Assembly (NCBI RefSeq): GCF_030253515.1
Contig: NZ_CP124549.1
Span: forward strand, 720,001 to 752,000
Source of the DNA: Candidatus Nanosynbacter lyticus
Lineage (GTDB): Bacteria; Patescibacteriota; Saccharimonadia; Saccharimonadales; Saccharimonadaceae
Length of the DNA stretch: 32,000 nucleotides
Direction: 5' to 3'
The position numbers were made by a program, and so were the translations under genes. Below the pieces are notes generated by a model that did no database searches, was not told the origin of the DNA, and worked only from the letters and a program-made list of their open reading frames with translations. Numbering within the stretch: position 1 is the stretch's first letter; each line of letters opens with the position of its first letter. This document shows positions 8,619 through 16,994 of the stretch, piece by piece.

Positions 8619-9011
8619 ATGAAACGACAAGCAGGCTTTACGGTGATTGAGGTGCTGGTAGCAATTATATTTCTCGGCGTAGCCACAGCGGTGGCCTTCA
8701 CCCAGCTGGTGACGATTCAACGCGAGCATCAAAACGACCGGAAAAAAACCGCCATTAACGCCATGCATTACAGCCTCGAAGAAGCCTATTACAAGCAGCA
8801 CGGCTCCTATCCGGAAAAAATTACCGACGAGACACTACCGACCATGGATAAGGAGCTACTCACAGATCCGAGTGGTAAAAAGCTGGGCGATAATGGCAGC
8901 GCCTATCGCTACGAGCCGACTAATTGCCAAAGCGGTAAATGCAAATCATATTCGCTCAGGGCCATGCTTGATGGCGAGGCAGATTTCGTCAAAGACAGCC
9001 GCCACAAATAA
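8619..9011 (+). CDS. prepilin-type N-terminal cleavage/methylation domain protein (type IV pilin / pseudopilin-like)
   Basis: MKRQAG|FTVIEVLVAIIFLGVATAVAF is a classic prepilin leader plus hydrophobic helix. Start set to 8619 because TGCTATAAT (8603-8611) lies 7 nt upstream. Confidence 0.75.
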   Translation: MKRQAGFTVIEVLVAIIFLGVATAVAFTQLVTIQREHQNDRKKTAINAMHYSLEEAYYKQHGSYPEKITDETLPTMDKELLTDPSGKKLGDNGSAYRYEPTNCQSGKCKSYSLRAMLDGEADFVKDSRHK

Positions 9012-9027
9012 CTAAATTGTAGCCAAA

Positions 9028-9885
9028 CTAATCGTAACAGACTGGCCGGCCGTTTTTGAAGGCCTCAATGGCGTTGTTGAGGATGGCAACCTGGTGCTTG
9101 GGGTTGGCCACGTAATGAAAAATATAAGTCGTCTCCTCACCCTCAGTACTGAGGCGAATGGTGCCGTAGTTAAAGATCGTCTGGGCGATGCCAGCCTGGA
9201 AAAAGCTAGCGTCCTCGATACTACCGAGGCTAACTGTCTGCTCGTGCCGAACGAAGAGGCTCTGTTGGATTTCCTGGATGACGCTTTCATTCGTCATGAA
9301 AAAATGATTCTGTAAATACACCCACAGGGTGATCGCGCCGCCAAGCACCACCAAGGCAACGAGCAGCAGCGCAATACCCAGCACTGCCCCCGGATTCACC
9401 GCCGGAAACAGCGGAATATTAGCGGTGAGCGACGAGAACGAGGCCGCAAATACCAGTAGCACCACGACCAACAGGAGGGTGATGGCCGTCGGGATAACCA
9501 TGCCGATCGGGTGGCGCTTGATGTCGAGGATGACATACTCGCCCTCGCTGAGATTGAGCTGCGGATAGTCACGAACGGACTGGTCGTGGCGCGCCTTAGT
9601 CTCTGGGCTGACTGCGGGAACGATCGGCTCAAGCGGCCGCGCCGCATGAACAACATTTGGTTCGTTAGCGTATTGGGCACGAATCTGTGGATTGAAGTTT
9701 TGCCCCTCGATCATCTCTGGCTGGATGGTAACGTGCGAGGTTGGCTGTGGCTCAATCGGTGGCGCGGTCGTCACCGGTGGCGGTGTCGCGGCAGCCGGCG
9801 GATGATGATACAACGGCCGACCGTCAGAATCATAAGCAACCGGCTGGGTATAGTCAGGCTCAGGGTTAGTCTGGTTCGGATTCAT
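9028..9885 (-). CDS. membrane protein with bacterial PH (YdbS/YdbT-like) domain and Pro-rich N-terminus
   Basis: 285 aa. LSEGEYVILDIKRHPIGMV is followed by two TM helices and a C-terminal beta-rich domain, the typical bPH_2 layout. TGCTATACT lies 7 nt upstream of the ATG. Confidence 0.5.
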   Translation of the reverse strand: MNPNQTNPEPDYTQPVAYDSDGRPLYHHPPAAATPPPVTTAPPIEPQPTSHVTIQPEMIEGQNFNPQIRAQYANEPNVVHAARPLEPIVPAVSPETKARHDQSVRDYPQLNLSEGEYVILDIKRHPIGMVIPTAITLLLVVVLLVFAASFSSLTANIPLFPAVNPGAVLGIALLLVALVVLGGAITLWVYLQNHFFMTNESVIQEIQQSLFVRHEQTVSLGSIEDASFFQAGIAQTIFNYGTIRLSTEGEETTYIFHYVANPKHQVAILNNAIEAFKNGRPVCYD

Positions 9886-9912
9886 TAGTTCTAGTATAGC
9901 ATATCGGCCGGA

Positions 9913-10947
9913 TTATGCGACGTCACGGGCATGTTTTGTCCGATTGTTATGGCGTGGATTACGCTGCGCCACCCGCCGCAGATCCTCGTGCGCATCAAAC
10001 TCGTCAATGATCTTATGCCCCAGCATCCGCTCAATCACATCCTCCAGGCTGACGATACCAACCGTCTCGCGAAACTCATTCACCACGATGAACAAGTGAT
10101 GCCGCACTCGCAAAAACGCCGCCAGCGCGTGCTGCAATGTCTGATCCTCGCGGATATAATACACCTTTTTCTCCATGACGGTTCGTGCCCGCTTGCTCGT
10201 CGACGAACGGTTAATTGTCAATAAATCCTGAATGTATAGCACCCCTACCACATGATCAATATCGCCCTTGGTCACCGGAAAGCGGCTATGCCCAGTCTTG
10301 TGCAGCGCGTCCAGCACCAGTGGGCCCAATACCTCGTCCTGATCCACCGTATCAATCACGCTACGCGGCGTCATCACTTCCTTGACCGGCACCGTATCAA
10401 ACGACAGCACGCCGATGACCATCTTTTTCTCATCCCGACTGAGCGCCTCACCTGCCTGCTCGACCATAGTGACGAGCTCTTCTTTCGACTCAATATCATA
10501 GCCGTCATTGGGCATTGGCGCCACCGAGCGAATCATCGCAAATAACGTCGGAAACTTCTCGATCAGCACCAAAATTCGCCCCTCATACCGCTCGTAAAGC
10601 CGCTGAGAATATTGCTGCCATAATGAAATCCGCGCCACTGCTCCTATCTCCAATGCGATCACTAGCGAGATAATAATACCCAGTAGCCAATGAAACAACT
10701 CCACACCGATGACACTGAGTGTCACCAGCAGCACCGCTGCGATCACCCGCTGCAATGAGAAAATATCCCGCATCAGCGCATGCCGCTTTAACAGATGCTG
10801 CGCATCCTGATCACCACGACGTGCTCGCCGCTGCAGCTCGAACTTACTGTGTGACGAGGCCTGCGGATGGACGCCCATGACCATTACGAGCAATATCAGC
10901 ACCACCACATACAGGATTCCTAGCAAAATATCGCTCATGCTGTTCAT
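9913..10947 (-). CDS. CNNM/DUF21 transmembrane domain plus CBS-pair protein (CorC/TlyC-like, no CorC_HlyC tail seen)
   Basis: 344 aa. An N-terminal multi-TM region is followed by a tandem CBS-like region (VKEVMTPRSVIDTV ... HRFPV ... HLFIVVNEFRETVGIVSLEDVIE). Confidence 0.7.
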   Translation of the reverse strand: MNSMSDILLGILYVVVLILLVMVMGVHPQASSHSKFELQRRARRGDQDAQHLLKRHALMRDIFSLQRVIAAVLLVTLSVIGVELFHWLLGIIISLVIALEIGAVARISLWQQYSQRLYERYEGRILVLIEKFPTLFAMIRSVAPMPNDGYDIESKEELVTMVEQAGEALSRDEKKMVIGVLSFDTVPVKEVMTPRSVIDTVDQDEVLGPLVLDALHKTGHSRFPVTKGDIDHVVGVLYIQDLLTINRSSTSKRARTVMEKKVYYIREDQTLQHALAAFLRVRHHLFIVVNEFRETVGIVSLEDVIERMLGHKIIDEFDAHEDLRRVAQRNPRHNNRTKHARDVA

Positions 10948-10993
10948 TGTATACTTTTTATGCTATAATAGCCAGAGTTAATTTGGAGGAAGT

Positions 10994-11695
10994 ATGAACG
11001 GAAAAACCTGGGCTATCTTTGCAATCGTTGTCGCGGCTGTCGTCGGCGGTATGATTTATCTGTCAACACAGAATCGCTTGAATGTCAGTGATATCTCGCG
11101 CGACGCCGCCCTGCGCGTTATGCCGGCCGAAGCACGCACTGGCGACATCGGTGAGCACACTATCGGCAACACTAATGGCAAAGTTGTGATGATTGAATAC
11201 GGTGACTACCAGTGCCCGGGCTGCCGCACTGCCGCACCAGAAGCCAAGCGCGTAGCCGAGAAATACAAGGATCACGTCGCGCTGGTCTTTCGTAATTATC
11301 CAATCCCGTCGCTCCATCCAAACGCCCGAGCGGCGGCGGCGGTCGCCGAGGCAGCTGGGCTGCAGGGTAAGTTCTGGGAAATGCACGATCTACTCTACAC
11401 CAACCAAGGCGCATGGAGTAATGCCCGCGCCAAAGAACGCACCGACGTCTTCAGTGGCTACGCCAAGCAGCTGGGCCTGAATGTCGATAAATTCAATGCT
11501 GACCTAGCCTCCGGTGCTGTCACGAAGAAAATTGACTTTGACGTGGCGGTCGGGCGACAGTTACAAATTGATGGCACACCAACCTTTTTCATCAATGGCA
11601 ACAAGCTTAACCTCGGTGACGCTAGCTCTATCGAAAACGCCGTCAAAGACGCCCTGAAAAAAGCCGGCGTCGCAGTTGATAAAGCAAAAAGCTAA
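10994..11695 (+). CDS. DsbA-family thiol:disulfide oxidoreductase, membrane anchored
   Basis: 233 aa. An N-terminal TM helix, a CPGC active site in YGDYQCPGC and a thioredoxin-fold C-terminal signature (IDGTPTFFINGNK). GGAGG SD. Confidence 0.75.
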   Translation: MNGKTWAIFAIVVAAVVGGMIYLSTQNRLNVSDISRDAALRVMPAEARTGDIGEHTIGNTNGKVVMIEYGDYQCPGCRTAAPEAKRVAEKYKDHVALVFRNYPIPSLHPNARAAAAVAEAAGLQGKFWEMHDLLYTNQGAWSNARAKERTDVFSGYAKQLGLNVDKFNADLASGAVTKKIDFDVAVGRQLQIDGTPTFFINGNKLNLGDASSIENAVKDALKKAGVAVDKAKS

Positions 11696-11733
11696 CCTCA
11701 AGCCAAAACCACTGACCGAAACAAACCCAATGC

Positions 11734-11766
11734 AAAAATCACCCCGGTGCCTGTGGGGTGATTTTT
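11734..11766. terminator. bidirectional rho-independent terminator
   Basis: AAAAATCACCCC / GGGGTGATTTTT form a 12-bp stem with a 9-nt loop. The A-tract on one side and T-tract on the other let it serve dsbA-like (+) and the small minus-strand unit. Confidence 0.8.
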
Positions 11767-11794
11767 ATGCCGTCCCTTTGTAGGACAGGCGCAC

Positions 11795-11890
11795 TTATTG
11801 TGCTATGTATGTTTGCCATTTGGCAGGCACCACATCCACTGCGACCTTTTTGCGCCGACTGGTCGACACAACATTGATTGCTATTGGCAT
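11795..11890 (-). CDS. candidate 31-aa small ORF (MPIAINVVSTSRRKKVAVDVVPAKWQTYIAQ) in an orphan transcription unit
   Basis: AAAGGAG SD 10 nt upstream of the ATG. A dedicated sigma70-like promoter lies about 95 nt upstream, and the terminator at 11734-11766 follows. No homology recognised; it may instead be a structured sRNA. Confidence 0.3.
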   Translation of the reverse strand: MPIAINVVSTSRRKKVAVDVVPAKWQTYIAQ

Positions 11891-11992
11891 GTGTTTCGTA
11901 CTCCTTTGTACTAGTGCAGCCTCACGCGCTTCGACCTTTATTGCCCACTTTATGATAAGCAGCGACATGCTTCGGCGCGAGACACATCAGCC

Positions 11993-12021
11993 ATCATAAC
12001 AAAGACTGATACGAACGTCAA
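11993..12021 (-). promoter_or_regulatory. sigma70-type promoter: TTGACG, 17-nt spacer, TATGAT
   Basis: On the minus strand the -35 is TTGACG (12016-12021) and the -10 is TATGAT (11993-11998), with an exact 17-nt spacer. It points into the 360-nt gap between corA-1 and the dsbA-like gene. Confidence 0.55.
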
Positions 12022-12027
12022 GCCAGG

Positions 12028-12051
12028 TCTACCCCTGATCTGACCCCTGAT
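12028..12051 (-). repeat. tandem direct repeat ACCCCTGAT x2 (12-nt register) just upstream of the -35 box
   Basis: The copies lie at 12031-12039 and 12043-12051 on the plus strand (minus strand ATCAGGGGT x2), 10-30 nt upstream of the TTGACG box. Confidence 0.5.
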
Positions 12052-12058
12052 ACCAGCC

Positions 12059-12979
12059 TCAAAACAAGCGCAGCCGCTTGGCGAAGATATATACAATGCC
12101 GATGAGCAGCACCGTAAACCCGGTAATCACCGGATAGGCCCACGCCTCGCCCTGAAACGGCAAGGTAATATTCATGCCATACATACCATAAAACACATTC
12201 GGGATCGCTAGGAGAATGGTGATGGCGGTCAAGACTTTCATCCGCTGGTTGAGGACATTATTGGCAATGGTTGAATAGGCGTTCTGGATGCTGGTGATGG
12301 TCTGGCTGTTGGCGGCAACCATGACCAGTAATTGCTTGACGTGCAGCACCAGATCACCCAGCGCCTCAAGGTCGCGCACTGTGAATAGACCGCGGCGATT
12401 AAGCGCTAATTGGCCGAGCACGCTCGCTAAGCCCTCGAGGCTCGAATGAAATTCATTGAGGCTATCTTCGATGGCCACAAACTCGATGAAGTCAGCGTTT
12501 TTCACCTCGTGGCGCGACAGCCGGTGCCTAGCGGCAGCGATATTACTAGCGAGGTCATGGATCTGCTGCTCATACGCAGCCACCGCACAGGCGATAGTTG
12601 CTGCGAGGAGCGCACCAGGCTTGTCGGTCGTGGTCGTGAGGAATGGCTCGGCGGCTTGCGGCGAGAAATTATTGGCAGGATTAATCGTTACAAACTGGGT
12701 TTTTGATACCGCAGCCAGTAGCGGCGCAGTCTTGACCGTATCATCCCGAACCAGCGGCAGCCGTACAAAAACATACTCAATACCGCCACTATATTCCATC
12801 CGCGGCAGCTCGCGCAGATCGGCCGCGTCACGGACGATATTTTCATCGAGACCAAACTGCTCGGCGAGTTCGCTTGGACATAGCGTGCCGCTGACATGCG
12901 CCCACACGCCACGATGAAACTGATGCGTTCGCCCCAACGAATCACCCATACATCGCCGCTCAAAGTAGCCCACCGTCAT
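12059..12979 (-). CDS. corA: CorA-family divalent cation transporter, paralogue 1
   Basis: 306 aa. YGMNITLPF (GMN motif) lies between two C-terminal TM helices, after a long cytoplasmic N-domain. TATAAT at 12987-12992, 7 nt upstream of the ATG. Confidence 0.8.
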   Translation of the reverse strand: MTVGYFERRCMGDSLGRTHQFHRGVWAHVSGTLCPSELAEQFGLDENIVRDAADLRELPRMEYSGGIEYVFVRLPLVRDDTVKTAPLLAAVSKTQFVTINPANNFSPQAAEPFLTTTTDKPGALLAATIACAVAAYEQQIHDLASNIAAARHRLSRHEVKNADFIEFVAIEDSLNEFHSSLEGLASVLGQLALNRRGLFTVRDLEALGDLVLHVKQLLVMVAANSQTITSIQNAYSTIANNVLNQRMKVLTAITILLAIPNVFYGMYGMNITLPFQGEAWAYPVITGFTVLLIGIVYIFAKRLRLF

Positions 12980-13016
12980 GAGAAAGATTATACCCCAGAA
13001 AACACCTCTCTGGCAA

Positions 13017-14669
13017 TTAGCCGCGCAGTCGCTTTTCCCTGACCGGCATTACCGCAATCATCGCAACAACCATCAGCCCCGAACTGATCAGGAATACCTG
13101 ATGCAGCCCATCGGTAAACGCATGGAGGATGACTTTAGTAAATTCATCCTGCTGCTGGTTGAACTGCTGTTTTGCCTGGGCCTGGGCCGGTGCTGGTAGC
13201 CGCTTAAGCCCTTGAGCTGCCGCCTTGGCGATTGTCTCTTTTTGGGCATTCAGCCGCAGCAGTACGTCAGCGTTCAGCTCACCGGACAGCATCTGCTGCG
13301 CAGCCGGTGAGCGCTGTAAACTCTGAATATATGGCAGCTGATGCGGATCGCCAACATGCGCTAGGATGCCAGCGGTCAGTACGCCCGATAACACTGCCGC
13401 ACCAATTGTCGAGCCCAGCCCACGAAATAGCTGCACACTGGAGGTCGCCGCACCGAGGTCTTTTTGCGTAAACTCATTCTGCACCGCCAAGGTCAAGATC
13501 GGCATCGCCGCGCCGAATCCAAGCCCAACAAATACCGCCACGACAGCTTCGTGCCAATATGGCGATTCTGGCTGTAGAATTGTTAGCACGGCGACACCGA
13601 CCGCCGTTAGCCCAAAACCGGCCACTATCCAGCGTTTATATGCACCGGTTTTAGCAACCAGCCGACCGATAGTTATCGAGCTTGTTATACTGCCTGCTAC
13701 CATCGGTAGCAGCATCAGCCCAGCCTGCGAGGCAGTGGCGCCAAACACCTGCTGATTGAACTGTGTTAGATACAAAATTGCCCCCATAAAGGCCGCGCCA
13801 AACAAGCCAGCCGCCGCCATGATCAAACGATATGTCCGATTGGCAAAGAACCGTAGTGGCAGAATCGGCTGTTTGGCTCGCCGCTCAATCACAATAAAGC
13901 CCAGCGCCGCCAGTACTGATATCGTCAGCAGCACGCCCTGAATCAGCACTAGGCTGACACCGCGCTCGATTAGTCCCTTAAAGATCATCTCTGTATTGTC
14001 TACCGCCAGCACCAGCGTCGCCAGAGCGATGGTGATAAACAGCGCACCGAGGTAATCGGGCTTGTGCATGCGGTCGTGCTTGATCTGCGGGCAGTAGCGA
14101 ATGATGAGTATGGTAGCGATCACCCCGATCGGCACATTGATCAAGAACGTCCAGCGCCAATCACTGACCATGCCAAATAGCGACACACCATCTGTCAGCC
14201 AACCACCGATTAACGGCCCGGCTACTGAACTCATCCCAAAGACTGCACCAAACAGTCCTTGCCATTTACTACGTTCCTTTGGCGGAAAGAGGTCGCCAAC
14301 AATGGTAAAGGCGTTCGCAGTGATGATACCGCCGCCGATGCCCTGCAGCGCCCGCCACGCAATCAGCCACTCGACTGTCGGCGCCAGGCCGCTCAGTAGC
14401 GAGCCGATGGTAAAGATACTCACTCCGGCGAGCAGTAGCGGCTTGCGGCCATACATGTCGCTCAACTTACCAGCCAGCGGTACGGTCACTGTGGTGGTCA
14501 ACATATAGGCGGTCACAATGAAGCCGAGCGATGAGAAGCTATTAAACTCCTTGACAATCGCCGCCAGTGCCGTCGAGACAATCGTCTGATCCAGCGCCAC
14601 CAAAAACAGCGCGCTCATCACCGCGCTCATGACAATTAATTTATTTCTGATTGATAATTCGTGTAGCAT
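13017..14669 (-). CDS. MFS transporter, DHA2 (EmrB/QacA-like, 14-TMS) drug:H+ antiporter family
   Basis: 550 aa. LDQTIVSTALAAI, the GKLSDMYGRKP motif and many TM segments, with a soluble Q/A-rich insert before the last TM. Confidence 0.8.
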   Translation of the reverse strand: MLHELSIRNKLIVMSAVMSALFLVALDQTIVSTALAAIVKEFNSFSSLGFIVTAYMLTTTVTVPLAGKLSDMYGRKPLLLAGVSIFTIGSLLSGLAPTVEWLIAWRALQGIGGGIITANAFTIVGDLFPPKERSKWQGLFGAVFGMSSVAGPLIGGWLTDGVSLFGMVSDWRWTFLINVPIGVIATILIIRYCPQIKHDRMHKPDYLGALFITIALATLVLAVDNTEMIFKGLIERGVSLVLIQGVLLTISVLAALGFIVIERRAKQPILPLRFFANRTYRLIMAAAGLFGAAFMGAILYLTQFNQQVFGATASQAGLMLLPMVAGSITSSITIGRLVAKTGAYKRWIVAGFGLTAVGVAVLTILQPESPYWHEAVVAVFVGLGFGAAMPILTLAVQNEFTQKDLGAATSSVQLFRGLGSTIGAAVLSGVLTAGILAHVGDPHQLPYIQSLQRSPAAQQMLSGELNADVLLRLNAQKETIAKAAAQGLKRLPAPAQAQAKQQFNQQQDEFTKVILHAFTDGLHQVFLISSGLMVVAMIAVMPVREKRLRG

Positions 14670-14694
14670 TGTTACCTTTCACGCTATTCAAGTA

Positions 14695-14706
14695 TCAGCA
14701 GCCCAT
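14695..14706 (-). promoter_or_regulatory. 3-codon mini-uORF ATG-GGC-TGC-TGA in the MFS leader
   Basis: It lies 25 nt upstream of the MFS ATG (14669), inside the leader predicted from the promoter at 14770-14799. The same ATGNNNTGCTGA pattern occurs at 18904-18915. Confidence 0.4.
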
Positions 14707-14769
14707 AAAGTGTAAGAGCTCTCCAACTCAACTACTTAGTACGATTTACATCCCGCACCCAAGTGTAGT

Positions 14770-14799
14770 ATTTTACACCGGACGGGCGGCGGGTGTCAA
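14770..14799 (-). promoter_or_regulatory. sigma70-type promoter of the MFS gene: TTGACA, 18-nt spacer, (TG)TAAAAT
   Basis: On the minus strand the -35 is TTGACA (14794-14799) and the -10 is TAAAAT (14770-14775). This predicts a leader of about 95 nt. Confidence 0.55.
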
Positions 14800-14825
14800 G
14801 AAATACCAGGCGGACAGAATCCGCC
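14800..14825 (-). terminator. possible terminator after lysK
   Basis: GGCGGA / TCCGCC form a 6-bp stem (14809-14814 / 14820-14825) with a 5-nt loop. The following TGGTATTTCTT is only a weak T-tract. Confidence 0.35.
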
Positions 14826-14848
14826 CCAACCCGGCCTCGCTAAAATTC

Positions 14849-16375
14849 TTACTTAACCAGTCGCAGCCGCTCAACCAGCCAGTCTCTTGGCAGGATCGAC
14901 AAGAACCAGCCAGCACGCGGGCCGGAATCTTTGCCAATGAGCACACGGTAGATGGTGGTGAATAGTTCCCGCGGCGGCAGCAAACCGCTTTCCTTGTAGG
15001 TGTAAATTGCTTGATGAAACCAATTACCATCAGCCTCAGCCGGCGCCCCGGCGATATCGTCAGCTAATCGCCGCAGGTATTCTTTTTGTTCTGGCGAAAA
15101 CTCATCGGGATGTATCTCATCCGCTAGGCGAAACTTCAATGACTCGGGCGCCCACTGTTCCAGCCACCGACTGACATAGCCTAGTTCCGTGATAATCACT
15201 GCCTCTTCCTCATCGACGATGCGGGCGTATTCTGGACTGCGCCGCAAAATCTCTACTGTTTTTACCGTGTCGCACAACGCCGCTTGGTATGAAATGACCA
15301 GATGCGAGAATGGAATTGAGCTGACCGCTGGATGACTCAGCCCGTCAGTGCACAAGAATAATAGCCGTTCATCGAGCTCATTTTGCGGATGCTGCTTCAT
15401 CGCCGCGAAGTCGTCAACCAGCCGCACCAGGCTATCGGTCTCATCAAAATACAGACGCTTGGCCGGCGAATACCGGAGCATGAAATAGCGCACCACCTCA
15501 GGTGGCAACATATCGACGACATCATGCGCGTTCACGCCGGTGCCTTTGCTGGCGCTCATCTTTTTGGTATCACCGGTGCGATTGATAAAATCATACGGCA
15601 CCGGTACTGGCGCCTCAATGTCATAAACCTCGCGAGCAATCCGCTTGCCGGTATCATACGAGCCGCCCTTCGTGGCGTGATCACGGCCAAACGGCTCAAC
15701 ATCAACCCCGAGCAACCACCACCGCCCCGGCCAGTCCAACCGCCAGTCCAGCTTTACCTGCCCGTCATCGTACCGAACCGTGCGCTCCGAGTCATCATGA
15801 CTACGATAGGTAATCGTTTTAGCATCACTATCCATGCTGATGAACCGACGATTTTTCAGCCGACCATGCTCCATGATTTGGATTGGCGACCACTGATCAT
15901 CCAGCTGCCGACCCGACACTTCCTGGATGGCCGATTTGGCCTTGTCAATGCGGCTCAACGAGCGCTCAATGGCCGGCACAAAAAACCCGCTCCGATATTT
16001 ATCGCTGGCATAGACCACGTCCATGGTGACGCCAATTTTATCAGCGCTCTCTAAAAATGGCTTCAGGCAAAAATCTCCCCACGAATCATACCGATCATCT
16101 GGTGATGGCACCGTGCAGAGCGGCATGCCGAGGTACTGCTCGTAACTGGCCGGCAGATTAACCGGCACTTTACGAAAGGCGTCCAGGTTATCCGAAACGT
16201 GAACGTGGCGCGCCCGGATGCCTGCCCGCTTCAGTGCCCGCACTACGGCATCAGCGATAACAATTTCACGCAAATGCCCCACATGATACACGCCCGACGG
16301 CGATGCACCCGAGGAAACGAGTACTTCTTTATCTACACTTCGAAACTGATCTACGATATCATCAAGCCACTTCAT
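14849..16375 (-). CDS. lysK: lysyl-tRNA synthetase, class I
   Basis: The HIGH-type motif (YHVGHLRE), KMSASKG (KMSKS) and overall length and layout match class I LysRS, not the class II OB-fold type. Start set to the MKWLDD methionine (16375) because TATAAT (16383-16388) lies 7 nt upstream. Confidence 0.85.
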   Translation of the reverse strand: MKWLDDIVDQFRSVDKEVLVSSGASPSGVYHVGHLREIVIADAVVRALKRAGIRARHVHVSDNLDAFRKVPVNLPASYEQYLGMPLCTVPSPDDRYDSWGDFCLKPFLESADKIGVTMDVVYASDKYRSGFFVPAIERSLSRIDKAKSAIQEVSGRQLDDQWSPIQIMEHGRLKNRRFISMDSDAKTITYRSHDDSERTVRYDDGQVKLDWRLDWPGRWWLLGVDVEPFGRDHATKGGSYDTGKRIAREVYDIEAPVPVPYDFINRTGDTKKMSASKGTGVNAHDVVDMLPPEVVRYFMLRYSPAKRLYFDETDSLVRLVDDFAAMKQHPQNELDERLLFLCTDGLSHPAVSSIPFSHLVISYQAALCDTVKTVEILRRSPEYARIVDEEEAVIITELGYVSRWLEQWAPESLKFRLADEIHPDEFSPEQKEYLRRLADDIAGAPAEADGNWFHQAIYTYKESGLLPPRELFTTIYRVLIGKDSGPRAGWFLSILPRDWLVERLRLVK

Positions 16376-16433
16376 ATGTGTTATTATACACCATGAAAAT
16401 ATTACTCTGCGCATTAGCCCAACCATTCGCCTT

Positions 16434-16958
16434 ATGAATATTCAAAAAGCAATTATCTTATTCGAGAAGATCCGCGACTTGCCATACGGAACAAGTGGTA
16501 ATAGTGGGATGTGGTCCTGCTACCAAAAATGCGTGTATTTACAGCGAGAATTACAAAAAGTTGACATAGCAAGCCAGTTGTTGATTGGCGTATTTAATTG
16601 GCAGGATTTACCAATACCTGATCGTATTCTTAAACTACGTCAATGTCGAAACGAGCGACACATTATGCTTCGTGTATTTATTGATGGATCAGTCTGTAAT
16701 ATTGATCCATCAATTGATAACAAACTCGTATCAATTTTACCAATAGCTCAATGGGATGGAATTTCGAGTACGATAACCATGGCACCGCTCAAGCATCTGC
16801 GAATCTACCAACCACATTCCCTACATGAGCGTATTTCGTCGCGATTGCGACATCAATTCTTTGGTTGTAATCCTGAGAAGTTTTACACCGAACTCGATGC
16901 GTGGCTAGCAGCACATAGAATTAAGTCTGGATTAACAGGACAAGAGCAGGAGCGGTAG
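16434..16958 (+). CDS. transglutaminase-like (Cys-His-Asp) superfamily protein
   Basis: 174 aa. The ordered candidate triad, C in GMWSCYQKC, H in ERHIMLRVFIDG and D in NIDPS, has transglutaminase-core spacing. The gene is visibly more AT-rich than its neighbours. Confidence 0.45.
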   Translation: MNIQKAIILFEKIRDLPYGTSGNSGMWSCYQKCVYLQRELQKVDIASQLLIGVFNWQDLPIPDRILKLRQCRNERHIMLRVFIDGSVCNIDPSIDNKLVSILPIAQWDGISSTITMAPLKHLRIYQPHSLHERISSRLRHQFFGCNPEKFYTELDAWLAAHRIKSGLTGQEQER

Positions 16959-16994
16959 CTATCCTACCATCCACCCTCAAACTACCTAACTCGA

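Noticed and set aside
11805-11999. A 64-aa plus-strand ORF with a hydrophobic segment, considered as a type I toxin-like gene antisense to the small minus-strand unit.
   Set aside because: It lies directly downstream of a strong terminator with no promoter or SD on the plus strand. The minus strand has a complete promoter, SD and terminator set. It is kept only as a remote alternative.
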